From contig OZ193909.1 of the NCBI GenBank assembly GCA_964276515.1, forward strand, positions 12,834,001 to 12,898,000: DNA of 64,000 bases. Reading direction: 5' to 3'. Under the pieces are notes generated by a model. The model searched no databases. It had not been told where the DNA came from and saw nothing but the letters and a program-made list of their open reading frames with translations. The position numbers were made by a program, and so were the translations under genes. The DNA comes from Gordius albopunctatus (Eukaryota). This document shows, in pieces, positions 11,393 through 25,467 of the stretch. Within the stretch, counting starts at the first letter, position 1. Each line of letters begins with the position of its first letter.

Positions 11393-12830
11393 CAGAGGTC
11401 AGATTTGTTGGGAATTTTCTGCCCGAACCCGGCCCGATTCAATTTTTTAACTTCATTGCCCGCCCGAACCCATCTAAGTGTCCGCCGGAGCCCGCCCGAA
11501 TTGTTAAAGCTGCCCGAATTGCCCGGCCCGAAATGTTAAATTTGCCCGTTAGTCCCGAATTTATGAGGTCCCAAAAAGAGGTCGGAGTAGTTAAAATTTT
11601 TCTGCGCGAACGCGGCCCGGTCAAAATTTTTAACTAAATTGCCCGCCTGAGCCCTTCTAAGTGTCGGCTCAGCCATGCCCAAACCATTAGAGCTGCCCGG
11701 CCTGATTAATAAAATTTTCCCGGTAGACCCGAAATTATCCAATCCCAAAATCTTTCAACCACTATTACAAAATAAGCATTAAATTAATGGCATATTGATT
11801 CAAACAAAGATGACAATATTTTATTATTCATATCGTGGACAATTTCCGGGGATAATCTTGTGCGTCTTTCCTCTATTAATCTTCCTGCGATAGAAAAACT
11901 TCCTTCACTAGCAGCACTCGTCGCCGGGATGGCAAAGAGTATTTTTGTAAACCTTGCTAATTTAGGATACCTAAAATAGTTATAATTTTTAATAACTTTA
12001 ATGTGACTTGTTTGCTTTATTTTTCCACCGTGTTTTTTTAGTTGTTAAGAAATTAAATGAATTATAATTATGCGCATTGTTAGAAAATGGCATGAGCCTT
12101 TGTTTTAAGTCTAGACGGCACACATGTGTAGTGTATTGCGAACAATGAAATGGCTTTGGCTACATAAATATAAAAAATCCAATACTTTCCATAATGGAGT
12201 AGGGCAAAGATTTAACTGAACGCGATAAAAATGTAATAAAATAATTTACTACCAGAGAGTAAAATGGTTTCTTCCATAGTATTAGATTAGAGTAGCAGTT
12301 TACAGGGGCGTAGCCAGCATTAAAATTAGAGGGGGGCAATAATGATTTAGGGAGGGTCAAAATAATCATTTTTTGAAAATTTAGCCATAATTTTAATACA
12401 TTTTAACAAATTTTTGAGTTTAGAGGGCGGCAGCTTCCCTTTCCTGCCCCCCCCCTTGTCCACGCCCATGGCAGTTTAAATCGTTGTGATTTTATTCTTT
12501 TATAATATAATCTGAAAATTAAAAATTTTTGATCTTGAGACAAACCAGTTAAACTAATTTATTCGAAATAAAATTTAATTTTGAAGAAATTGAAATTAGG
12601 ACGGTTTATAAAGGTACAATGAAGATTTAAGCGATGGAAAAAAATCTAGTCAAATTTATTATGGCCCAAAATTGTTTATAAGCGAATTTTTCTTTTTTCA
12701 AGGAAAATTAATTTGATAAAATTTTGGGCATGCCCGAATTGTCCGAATCTTATCAGCGTGCCCACCCGGGCCCGCTGATAATTAAAATTTAAGGCAGTTG
12801 CCCGGGCCGGGCAGCGGGCCGGGCATTTCT
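11393..12830 (-). mobile_element. hAT-derived non-autonomous element inserted in the LINE endonuclease region
   Basis: Starts cagaggtcagattt and has gcccg-rich subterminal repeats. Minus strand 11830-11970 encodes YPKLARFTKILFAIPATSAASEGSFS, a hAT dimerisation motif. A related end occurs at ~57690-57705. Confidence 0.7.
12303..12470. mobile_element. hAT-type MITE (CA(T/G)GGGCGTA family)
   Basis: Imperfect TIRs and 8-bp TSD gcagttta on both sides. Confidence 0.8.
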
Positions 12831-15744
12831 AAGAAACCACAAAATGATAAAGAACTTCCACACCATTCAGCCCAGAGACCAGATTTGTCCGGCCCGGCCT
12901 GCTGCCCGAACCTGCCCGCCATCAAATTTAGGTAAGCCTTCCAGTATTAACTTTTATCCAATATCTGAGCTTCCGTATTACTTATAATTTATTTCTCTGT
13001 ATGAAGTTTAAATTCGCATTGGATAGTAGTCTAGGGCCTAGATAGGCGTCGTCAATTCAAATATATCAAGGTATGGACTTACCCCTTCCCCACGCATTTC
13101 TAAAAAAAATATACGTTATTCTTACTAATATTCCTTCTCAATGGGTGGTCCTGACTTTATATCTCTCCCTCCTACCACTTACCCCCCCCCCCTATTCTAA
13201 CGATGAAATTAATTGCGAGCTCAAGACGAAAAGGCTACTAATGTTGTATAAGACACTCACTTGGGAGGTGTATGCTTTACTTTTACCCCCCACCCCCTCC
13301 TCTTCTAGGGTATTCGATATGTGCAAAACAAGGAATAGATACTCTAACTTATTATTCTCCTCTCATCGCTCCCGGAAGATTTCTGACGGCACTACCGTCA
13401 ATACCCAACTATGAAATTAAAAATAAGTCGGAAAAGATGGGCTCACCATTATAAATAATATATTTCCCCACCCCTCTACAAATAAGAGGTAGTTATTAAT
13501 AACCAGAAATCAATTTGCCCGAACAAATACTTGCTAAAATGCTATAATATAAAAAATACAAGGCCGGTGACCTTCACCTCCCGCTCCCCTCTGGAGCGAC
13601 TCTATTCTTTAAACTAATATATTTTCTACTGCTCAAATCCTTCCGGAATTGATATCGCTTAAATACTAGTTTACTCTAAAAATAAGAGTGATTTAGTTCC
13701 ATTCTAGATCGCCCTTATTCAATCCCCTGTTCCGACATATTCCTTGAATTCATTAACAACTTCAAAACACCCTCCACCCCTTCTATCAGTGTTGAACCAC
13801 CCTCCTTAAATGAAATAAAATACCTGTTAAAATCCCTCAAACTTCATAAAGCTCCCGATGCAGAAAAAATCACAGCGGAAGCCCTTAAAGCTGATTACTC
13901 CCTGTCTAGCAAACTATTGCATCAACTCTTCACCAAAATCTGGCTACAAGAGATCATCCCCTGCGCTTGGTCTACTGGTCTACTTAGTAAAATCTATAAA
14001 AAAGGAGACCCATCCCTTCCTGATAATTATAGAGGGATCACAATTATAAATAACATTTCCAAGGTTTTTATAAAAGTAATATATAGGAGGATATATCCAT
14101 TCATTGACGATAATTTAAAAAGTAACCAAGCCGGCTTCCGTAAGTCCAAAACCACAATTGAACACATCCTGACCCTCAAAAATATTATTGACATCTCCTC
14201 TAAATCTAAATCTCCTTTAGTCCTAACATTTGTCGACATTCATAAAGCTTTCGACTCCCTATCCCACCTTTACATATGGGAATCTTTATGTCTACTAGGA
14301 ATCCCCAAAAAAATTATTAGACTTATCTTCTTTCTGTACAAAGACATGAAAGTGGTCATAAAACATCTACACCACCGCTCAAACCCAATCCAAGTCAATT
14401 TAGGAGTTAGACAGGGATGTCCATTATCTCCTCTACTATTCATCACGGCAATGGATCTCATAATTAGGAGATCCACCCTTCCTTACGACGGTATCCACAT
14501 GAACGGCATCAAAGTGTCTTCGCTGCTATTTGCTGACGATTTATGCATCATATCGGATTCAACTCTCAAAACTCAGAACTTTGCCGATAGATTCGTCTTA
14601 GAATCCAAGAAAGCCGGTTTAATAATTAACCCTAACAAGACTAACTTACTATATATTAACATACCCTCCCAAAATACTACATTGTCTATTAGCAACACTT
14701 TAATCCCTTTTTCAGATTCAATAAACTACCTAGGAGCAAATACTCCCACCAAGATGCCTCTAATAAATTATCTAAAGCTCTAAAGAGTTTTTATTCATGC
14801 TATTCAATCTGGAAATCCAAAGAACTGGCTCTACCGACCCGCCTTCGGCTGTTCAAAACCACCATATTGCCTATATTGCTCTATGGATGCGAAACATGGT
14901 CCCTCAAAGGTTCGACCATAAAAGCGGCCCAAACTAAACTAAATAAAATGCTCAGAATAATTTGTAAAATATTCTACCCTGAAGTAATTAGCAATCCAAA
15001 CCTCTGGACCCTTTGCGAAATCCCTCCCATAAAAAACATAATTATATCACGGAAATGGAACTTCCTAGCCCACCAGACCAGACGCAATGGACTCAACATT
15101 TGCTTAAGAGCAATTCTATGGAGACCCCCTCAACTAAAAAAACTAAAATGTCGAGGTTCCTGGATCCACAAAACTTTTTTTGGAACTCCGCTCTCTTAAC
15201 CACGAATGGAATACTATAATCCCCATAATGCAAAACAGATCCGCTTGGAAAGCCTTTTCTGCCTCCAATTTCCCTTCAAAATATCCCCTCCCAATCGCCT
15301 CAACTTCGAGCTGTCTCTGAAGCCTACAACATCCAAAATAAATAATCAGATCTATCCCTGAGACAGAGGGCGACCCATAAACTAGCTAACCACGGATAGA
15401 TACTTTCTTTCCACACCATCTAACCATGAACCCGAATCTGACGCACAAACTAGCAAGCAATGGAAAGCCTGCAAGTCCTCTTGCCAAAATAAGTAATGGT
15501 GGTATCTTATATTTATATGCTTATACTATTGTACTTGTACTATTATCTTGCACGGTCTACTTGTACTTTATTGCTTCCGGCGACTAAAAATACTGATCTT
15601 CGCTTTAACATACTAACACACTAACCTACTAACAACTGAACACGTAACCTCTGGTTAGCGTGGCCCGAGAAGCACCTATGGTGTCAGATGGGACTCAATC
15701 TTAGCTTGCCGATTTAGCTAAGCTCTTGTTTGTCATCGGGGCTT

Positions 15745-16224
15745 ATACATACATACATACATACATACATACATACATACATACATACATACATACATAC
15801 ATACATACATACATACATACATACATACATACATACATACATACATACATACATACATACATACATACATACATACATACATACATACATACATACATAC
15901 ATACATACATACATACATACATACATACATACATACATACATACATACATACATACATACATACATACATACATACATACATACATACATACATACATAC
16001 ATACATACATACATACATACATACATACATACATACATACATACATACATACATACATACATACATACATACATACATACATACATACATACATACATAC
16101 ATACATACATACATACATACATACATACATACATACATACATACATACATACATACATACATACATACATACATACATACATACATACATACATACATAC
16201 ATACATACATACATACATACATAC
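15745..16224 (+). repeat. (ATAC)~120 microsatellite forming the LINE 3' tail
   Basis: Perfect repeat directly after the conserved terminus cttgtttgtcatcggggctt. Confidence 0.95.
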
Positions 16225-19200
16225 CTCTATGGATGCGAAACATGGTCCCTAAAAGGCCCGACTCTAAAAGCTGCCCAAACCAAACTAAATAAAATGCTAA
16301 GAATAATTTATAAAATATTCTACCCTGAGGTAATTAGTAATCCAAACCTTTGGACCCTTTGTGAAACCCCTCCCATAAAAAACATTAACATCACGGAAGT
16401 GGAACTTCTTAGCCCACCAGACTAGAAGCAATGGACTCAACATTTTCTTAAGATCAATTCTATGGAGACCCCCCCAACTTAAAAATATAAAATGTCGAGG
16501 TTCCTGGATCCACAAAACTTTTTCTGAACTCCGCTCTCTTAACCACGAGTGGAATACTATAATCCCCATAATGCAAAAGAGATCTGCTTGGAAAACCTTT
16601 TCTGCCTCCAATTTCCCAACAAAGTATTCCCTCCCAACCACCTCAACTTCGAGTAGTCTCTCAACCCTATATCATCCCAAATAACCGAGTATGACGCCTA
16701 AACTAGCTAACCATGAAGAGCCACTTTCTTCCCACACCATCTATTTGTGAGCCCGAGTCCGACGTCCAAACTAGCAAACAATAGGAAACCTGCAAGTCCT
16801 ATTTCCACAATTCCAAGGTATGTATGTATGTATGTATGTATGTATGTATGTATGTATGTATGTATGTATGTATGTATGTATGTATGTATGTATGTATGTA
16901 TGTATGTATGTATGTATGTATGTATGTATGTATGTATGTATGTATGTATGTATGTATGTATGTATGTATGTATGTATGTATGTATGTATGTATGTATGTA
17001 TGTATGTATGTATGTATGTATGTATGTATGTATGTATGTATGTATGTATGTATGTATGTATGTATGTATGTATGTATGTATGTATGTATGTATGTATGTA
17101 TGTATGTATGTATGTATGTATGTATGTATGTATGTATGAATGTATGTATGTATGTATAATCCCTGATGACAAACAAGAGCTTAGCTAAATCGGCAAGCTA
17201 AGATTGAGTCCCATCTGACACCATTGGTGCATCTCGGGCCACGCTAACCATAGGTTACGTGTTAAGTTGTTAGTAGGTTAGTGGTTAGTATGTTAAAGCG
17301 AAAATCACTATTGTTAGTAGCAGGAAGCATTAAAGTAAAAGCAAAAGCATATACATGCATGCAACTACTAAAAGCATATAAATAATAAGGATACGATTCT
17401 CCCTTGAGACTGTGGTAAGATGAAGGTCAAGGGCTCTCCATGTTTCACTAGTTTGGGTGTAGGATTCGGACTCATTCTCATGGATAGATGATGGTATGGG
17501 AAGATAAGTCGTTTCTCTTCCTCACGACAAAGAGTTTCACAAGAACTTTGTGGATTTCAGTTTGCTAAGACGTTTTTTCCAATAGTTGCCGAGGCTTGTT
17601 GATTGAGGTGTCAATGTCCGCCCTCGTTAGCATAAAAAGGGGAGACAAGGATGGAGAGGGAGAAGGGGGAGGGAGAAAGAGGAAAGTAATTAAGTATAGG
17701 CCAATATCAAGATTATATACAAGATGTCTTTTTTGCTAGATAGTTATTGTGATCAATAAAACCGTTATAGTCGATGGGGAATGGGGAGAGGAAAAACTGA
17801 CACAATAGCACTATCGATCATAGAGGGACAGGATGAAGCGTTAGACTAAGAACGTGAGCAAAATTTTAGAAATATATACGGGACAGGTAGACCATGCAGA
17901 GCCCGAGCGAGAACAAAAAGAATAAAGTAAATGTTTCTAGTGGGATTTGGTAGACCAGCTCGATCTCAAGCCCGAAGCTCAAATTTTGAAGTACAATTTA
18001 CTTCATAGACAAATATCAATTCGGGGAGGCGATAACGAGACGTTATTATTCTGAGAGCTACTTCGAGAATATTTATATCGAGGGGCAATTGTGTGTTTAA
18101 TATACATGTGTGGGGAGATAAGTAAAATTTAAATCATAGTTGATAAGAGGGAGAGCAATTTAAGCAGTACCTTAAAAATTTTTTCATAAGGGAGTACGTA
18201 ATGGGTAAGAATATTTAGGAAGGAGGTAAAGAATAATGCTTGTGAGTGGTTAGATGCAAAAAAAACTCAATATTTTAATTTAACAAATATCAACAAGGTT
18301 ATGAGAAAGGAGGAGTAATGTGACAAGTATAATGACATTGGGCTTGGGCATGGGCATGTCAAAACAAGCTTTAACTTTGCTACTTTGACACAGTTCAACA
18401 ACACAATTATGAATTAAATGAACATACTTATAATTATAAATTCAGGAAAGTTAGATTTATTAGAAAAGCTAAAGAAAATGTGATATGGGCATTTGGATCA
18501 AAATTTTTAATATTAGTTGTACATGACAAATTAGATTTTAGAATGTATTGTTCAAATTTGAAATATATAATTTTATGAAAGTTTGTGATTGATAAAACCA
18601 AGATGTTTGGTACAAATCTTTTTATTTACTTATTTATATAACAAAATTAAAATTGAAGTTAAGATAAGGTCTGGTTAAGAATTTGTATGTTAAATACAAG
18701 CATAGGAAATTTTACTAAAATAAATATTGCTTCAAACACAGTATTGACTTTAAGATAAAAATAATTCACTGTAGTTAATAGAGGGTTTGATATCTAAGGC
18801 CTAAAAGAATAACAAAAGCAAATGGGTGTAGCTAGGATTAAAATTAAGACATTATACCTAGGGACAATAATGATCTAATGTAGAGGTATTTTGGGTATAA
18901 GCTCTGTAGAGATAGACTTATATTTACTTTTATTCATATAAAACTAGACAAATAAAAAAGATTGTAAGGTCACATATTTCTTATTAATGTTGACATGAAA
19001 AAAATATAATAACTTTAACAAAATGAAGCCAGAGATTTTAAGACCACTTTCTTAAGTAAATAGGATGTTTTGGGACACCATTAAAAACAATATTGGCTGA
19101 TTTTTAATAAACATTTTAAAGTTCATAAAGTGAAGTTAGATAAAAATACAGATTTATGTGAAATGATTATATGTAAATTGATACGTAATAATAAGGTTAA

Positions 19201-19797
19201 TAAAATTTACATATTATTTTTATATACTTGGGAAAGGAATAACAATTTCACTAGTTTATAAAACCTCCTATGAGTGTAACATCTACCCATCACATTTGTG
19301 GACATAAAAAAACCACAACCAGAAAAAGTCAATTTGGATATTTTGAGGTAATCAGAAAAACAAAATTTTAGAAATTACTTTGCTTCAAGAAAGTCTGGAC
19401 ATAATCAATGAATTCTATTTTTCCTTCAATAATTTTGCTGATTACACAGCACAACCTCTTTTTCCAACTTCATACACCGGAAGCGTCGACACTTTCACGA
19501 ATCTTTGACGGGTCAGCTTGAGTAGACATGACAAAGTCAATTAGCTACGACAATTCCAAGGAAGTGTCGTACTCGTATCCTATATTTATATGCTTATATT
19601 ATTCGCTTGGATGCTCTGCTTTTACTTTAATGCCTCCTGCTACTAACAATACTAATCTTTGCTTGAACATACTAACACACTAACCTACTAACAAATGAAC
19701 ACGTAACCCCTGGTTAGCGTGGCCCAAGATGCACCAATGGTGTCAGATAGGACTCAAACTTAGCTTGCCGATTTAGCTAAGCTCTAGCTCTTGTTTG
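16225..19797 (+). mobile_element. Second partial copy of the same LINE (16225-16818 plus 19550-19797), split by an insertion
   Basis: 16225 onward aligns to 14880 onward, and 19562-19797 aligns to the 3' UTR at 15500-15730. Confidence 0.85.
16819..19549 (-). mobile_element. 2.7-kb non-autonomous retroposon with the LINE 3' UTR and an (ATAC)~85 tail
   Basis: 12-bp TSD acaattccaagg at 16807-16818 and 19550-19561. Tail at 16818-17157; 17158-17470 is the reverse complement of the LINE 3' UTR. No long ORF. Confidence 0.85.
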
Positions 19798-20059
19798 CAC
19801 TTCTGGTCAAAAGAAATAATGGGCAAAATCCTTAAAACCAATCAAAACACTTAATAAATTTGCGCTCGTAAGACATAACATATAAACTTCGAAAACCAAT
19901 CATATTATTGCTCAAATTATAAATTTTAATATTTCGTTTTTAATTAAGACCAACAATTAATTTTCCGTTCATTTAAAATTTTACCAATACACTTTTTAAT
20001 TTGTCAATTGTGCAATTTCCTTTTGTTGGAACATCTATTCTGATTATGCCTTAAAATAT

Positions 20060-20352
20060 CTAAGTTAGGCAATCTGCTTGCCCAAGTATGAATTTACTTG
20101 ATTCATTGTTTATATTATTATAGCATCATCTCTATATGTTGTTCGTACACCCATACGAAATCGGCAATTTCCAAGATTGTCTGGAACCTCTCAAATTAGG
20201 CAATCACCTTGCCCAAGTATGAATCTACTTGATTCATTGTTTATCTTATTATAGCATCATCTCTATATGTTGTTGGTACACCCATACCAAATGTGCAATT
20301 TCCAAGATTGTCTGGAACCTCTCAAATTAGGCAATCTGCTTGCCCAAGTATA
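20060..20352. repeat. Tandem repeat of ~133-bp units (just over two copies)
   Basis: ttaggcaatc..cttgcccaagtat recurs at ~20065, 20197 and 20327. Confidence 0.8.
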
Positions 20353-20569
20353 TTCATAGTTCATCTATGTTATTATATTTTTCTAGGCTCTTCTTCATCT
20401 ACTATAAGTTCTATGACCTCAAGTGGTAAAATGATTATTTTAAATGTTTCACATTAATATTTTAAAAGGTCCTTCAATTGAAGATGCACTAATTTTTGTT
20501 GATGCTACCAATCAGATGGAAGCTATTCATCAAGGTATATATCAAATAAATAATTTTTATTTTATTTTT

Positions 20570-21100
20570 AGAACAAACTCCCATTTATATTAAATCCCAA
20601 AAAGGAGGATCAATCCCTTATTACTCTTCCTACCTGTATGTTAAGAACAGGAAGATGCCCAGCAAAGTTTATTACAAGAGCCGAAATTCAGCTTGTCCAG
20701 TAACAGCCTCGGAGGTGAATGGTATTTTTGCTGTTAATCGTCAGCACAACCATAAACCTCCGAGGGAAGAGTATGAATGTCTTGTTACGATAAGGGCACT
20801 TAAAGACGCTATTGTTGCAAACCCTACTAAGAAAATTCAGAGGTACAAGGCTGTTGGTCCTATCACCAACAATCATCTTGAAGGATACCACAATGGCCTA
20901 AAGTCCCTTATTGGACGGGCCCACGCTGATCTGTATAACTGTATCGTATTTTTTTCGAAAATAACGGGAAAACCGAGATTAATCTTTTGCAGATTGATCA
21001 AGGCCGCATTTAATATTATATAAATAAACGTGTCCGTGAAAAGAATTCACAAATTAGCACCCTACTCGCCTCATACAAAGATGCTTCGCGCGATATTGAT
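20570..21100 (+). pseudogene. Mutator-like (MULE) transposase remnant with FLYWCH-like finger, internally deleted
   Basis: IKSQKGG..YLYVKNR..ACP..HNH fused directly to TNNHLEGYHNGLK, a MULE C-terminal motif. Confidence 0.6.
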
Positions 21101-21783
21101 ATTTTCAATTATATCGACAATATCTCCACTCCAGTGATGTTTCCTATAGTTACAACTCGCGGTATTATAATTTTTCGAATTTGCCGTCAATCTTTATATC
21201 CAATAATATTTCTAATAATCTATCAGATGAAAGAGACACTAGCGACTTCACAGAAGCTAGTGAATCTGAGGAATAAATCATACAAACAAATACTTGTGAA
21301 TAAATTTTAAAATCTATTCCTTATATATTTTGTAAAATAGTGAATCCAAACTATGTAATTATTTATGTGTTAGGTTATCATCAGGTCTGGCTTTATTTTA
21401 ACGAAAAAATAGTTTAGGCTTGTTAATAACTTTAAAAGGACCCTATAAAACCAAGCTAAATCTAAAACTGCTTATATAATTTTAAAATATAATACTGTGG
21501 AGTTTCTCACACCCCATAAGTACTCTTAAGGGTTTTTAAAATGCTCAGAAAATTTTATTTATTAAACTATCCACGAACGTCGGAGAATTATACCGTGAAT
21601 ATATCGCAAACTAAACAAAATCTAAATTATCGGGGACTAAACCATTTTTTTATATCTTCGTATATATTGTTACAATTTATTATATAATTGCATATACTCA
21701 TTAACTAATCACAAAATTACCTTTATTCACTTATAATATAGGTATTAGTATGGCTATAGACGTTATGTTAAATTAGAAAACTA

Positions 21784-23732
21784 TCTATATAAAAAAAATC
21801 TAAGTACCGTTTTTTTTTGTGCGCTAATAACTTTTGAAGTTCTCAACCGATTGCCACCAAATTTGGCCAGATTATTGCCTTAGCATTGTAGATGGTTTGT
21901 AAACACTTTTTATCACACTATGACAGCGGGAACCATGTTTTTTAATTTGGTTGGCGCCATCTAGCGGACGTCAGCTCAACGCTTATCTCGATTATTATTT
22001 TATGTTAGAGTTGTGCTCATAGTTTTAAATGTTTTTCTACTAATCTTTTGTCACATATTTCACTATTTTTATTCACCTTTGGGTTATTTTTTACATTATA
22101 TATATATCTGTTACAACTAAATAATTAAAAACCGTAGAACATCAAAAATTTTATAATATAAAAGAGAAGCGTTCTCTGTTAAAGGTTTACGTATTTGAAC
22201 GTTTATCTAAACATTTGACGTGAAAATATTGTTATAATAATTTAAATTCTCTAAGTCTCAATTGCTATATATATTTAGCCTAAAATTCTTTTGTCTCTTT
22301 AGTTTTTGATTAGTTTTACACTCTGTACTTTGCTGTGCACATTTCACCACCGACTCATTTTATCCTACTGTAAATAAATACAAGCAGCTTAGAGAAGGTG
22401 CAATACCTACTATTTTTTATTTACCAGATCATCTCCAAAAGGTAATTGATTTAAGTTACACATTTAATCACTATAATATAGAAGAAACGGCCAGCTAAAA
22501 AAACTACAATGAATTCTCTGTGCACATTTCACCACCGACTCATTTTATCCTACTGTAAATAAATACAAGCAGCTTAGAGAAGGTGCAATACCTACTATTT
22601 TTGCTTTACCAGATCATCTCCAAAAGGTAATTAATTTAAGTTACACATATAATCACTAGAATATAGAAGAAACCACCAGCTAAAAGAACTACAATGAATT
22701 CTTTAGCCAGCCCACTTCAAGATATTACAAATAATTTCTCCATATGTTGCCTTATATTTCTGAAAAGTCTAAACCCAAGAACACAACACATCATGCATTA
22801 GAAACAACTGAAATCATTGCTGTTCAAGTAACCTTAACAATTTTATATTAGAAATATTTATTCTAACCTGTTATATATTTAATCATTCCAAACTAAGAGC
22901 ATTTCTATGATATTTTTTACCCCACATTTAAATTTGTTATATCTTTTTAACCATATTTTATTAAAACTTCAAACTTTAAACTTATCTTTGTAAAATACTA
23001 TTGAATGTTTTTAATACATAGGGAATTTAATAATTTTTTAGCATACAAAGTTTCATTTAATGAAAACAAGCTTTACTTTAAAAAAAACTCGACCTATTTA
23101 TGTATTTTTAATTTTCTTGGTATATTGACTTTAGATTCATGCGCCCCAAAAGAAAATCGATTGGACGGAGGACACGAAATGCGAATCTAATGCGTAGAGT
23201 GCGTACTCTTGGGCTTGAAGATGAACTACAACAGTATACAACTCTGCCTCAGCCACCCGCACGTGCTCAGTCATTACCCGCAGGCAACCGCCTAGCATTT
23301 TCTTACCCATCTAATATTGAAAGTTTACGTCGCCATGTTCTCATTGGTACTATGTCTATTGTGTGTCCTCATTGCCATGCCTTGAAATTTGCTGGAGAAA
23401 CTACTGGAATGTGTTGCGCAGCCGGAAAAGTTAAACTGCCTCACCTTGCAGAACCGCCTGAGCCATTACAAACATTGCTGGCTGGTTATACAACTGATTC
23501 TAAATATTTTCTATCTAACATCAGGAAATACAACTCCTGTTTCCAAATGACGTCGTTTGGCGCTGATGTTGTAACCACACAATTCATGCCTACATTCAAG
23601 GTAAAAGGCCAAATTTATCATAAAACCATTATTTCATACATGACCCCCTTTTAGATAAGTCTTATTAATAGATTATACTTATTTAACCACTTAAGGACTG
23701 AGTCAAAGCAACGCTTGGCCGGGCACAGCTAG
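21784..23732 (+). mobile_element. Internally deleted Helitron of the same family as 30210-36311
   Basis: A|TC 5' end, 3' end gcaacgcttggccgggcacagCTAG|T, and ORF 23139-23654 matching the N-terminus of the RepHel protein. Confidence 0.9.
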
Positions 23733-23733
23733 T

Positions 23734-24389
23734 TATATATAAAAATGAAACTATGTATATATGCCGCAACCAATTTTGGAAAACTACCAGACCGATTTGG
23801 CTCAAAATTTCACAGTTTATTCCCCACACTCCGGAGCATGTTTTAAGATATGATCGAGCCAAATCGGTCCAGTAGTTTTTGAGTTAGTTTGTTTATTATA
23901 TTTTGCCGTTTAATAAAATGTCAATCAAACGCAACCTCATGACGTACTGTCTATCTAAATGAAACTATGTTAGTGTGATAAATGTAGGCATGTGTTGCGG
24001 AAAATGGAAACTTTTTACGATTTGAAACATTAAATCAAAGCATGGGCGTACGTAGGTTTTGAATTAGGGGGGGGGGCAGATTAAAAAAAAATTTTTTCGA
24101 CTATCGAAAAATTTTCCTGACAGCAAAAAAAGGTCTTTGACTACTAAATTCCTGAGTTTTTCATGAGACCCGCAGGGGGTAGCCGTTCTCCCCTGACTAT
24201 TTAGAGGGGGGGCAGCCGCCCATTCTGCCTTTCCCTGGCTAATTAGGGGGGGGGGGGGGCGAAACATAATTTTTAAGGGTTTTTGTATTGAAAAATAATT
24301 TTTTTTTAAAATTATGTGGGGGGGAGGCTGCCCCCCCCCCTGGGTACGCCCATGAATCAAAGTCATTTTTTTGCTTATTTTTCACGTCA

Positions 24390-24422
<33 letters not shown>

Positions 24423-24770
24423 GAACGGTCGTGTCTCCTCCTGCGTGGCTAAATAAATTAAAAAATCTAATTTTGTCATTTTTTGCGCGTTAAATAAGGA
24501 GAAAAATGAAAATACTTTTAACAAAGTGCCAATAAATGTTGATATATCTCAATTCTTCGGACATTATTAAGTTCAGAATGAAAAGTTTTATTCAGAAACA
24601 AATAATTATCATATTGTTTCTTAATTACAAAAAAAATAAAAATAATTGCTTGAAGGGCCATGGGGCTAAAGATTTTTCCCTTGGGGGGGGGGGCATGGGG
24701 CCAGGTTTTCTCTCTTAGGTGGGCCTGGGCCTTGGACCCTCTTTAACTATTTGTTTAAAAAATTTTGCAT
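23734..24770 (+). mobile_element. Dispersed repeat with Helitron-like 5' end, carrying a hAT MITE at 24041-24354
   Basis: Inverted homologous copy at ~42690-44497; MITE TSD aatcaaag. Confidence 0.65.
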
Positions 24771-25467
24771 AATAAACACTTACCAATTATATTTGATTTA
24801 TTCTTAATATATTATACGGATTATATGCTTGCATATAATCAACAACTAATCACAAAGTCACCTTTATTCACTTTTAATATAGGTATTAGTATCACTATAG
24901 AGATTTTAATGTTAACGCATTGAATAGAAAACTATATATTGTTACAATTTACTATATGCTTGCATATATTCATTAACTAATCACAAATTTACCTTTATTC
25001 ACTTATAATATAGGTATTAGTATCACTATAGACATTTTCATGTTAACGCATTAAATAGAAAACTATATATTGTTACAATTTATTATATTCTTCATAGATA
25101 TGTTTTCGGGAATTGTCGAGGGTGTTAAAAAATTATTGTAGTAAATATAATATTTCGTCCTCATAGAGGACATCGTCAGATAAATAAAATAGATTTAAAT
25201 AAAATAGATTTAAATAAAAAAAACTCGGGCCTTCGGCCCTCGTGGGAAGGGGGAAGGGGAGGAGGGGAGGGAAGGGGGAACTCATCTACACTCCGTATAA
25301 ATGTATCATATTTGCTATGCAATTTATGGAAATACTTACGTGAATATTGCAAAACGAAGGTTGGAAGCACTAAATAAGTGTATATGCCAAATATCATAAA
25401 GGGGGAGAGAGGGAGCGAAGGGGAAGCTTTATGGTTAGTTAAATTCTACGGGAAACAGTTGTATTAC

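Larger units (their letters stand above)
10900..16224 (+). mobile_element. Decayed non-LTR retrotransposon (APE endonuclease + RT) with 3' UTR and (ATAC)n tail, interrupted by insertions
   Basis: APE motifs (CVQQT, GVGIL, DFNA, NRNGKLL) at 10900-11390. RT at 13800-15200 (NYRGI, QAGFR, FVDIHKAFD, GVRQGCPLSP, LFADD, YLG, LLYGCETW) with frameshifts. Confidence 0.85.

Noticed and set aside
15714..17188. MYVC/YIHT repeat ORFs
   Set aside because: Translations of the (ATAC)n microsatellites.
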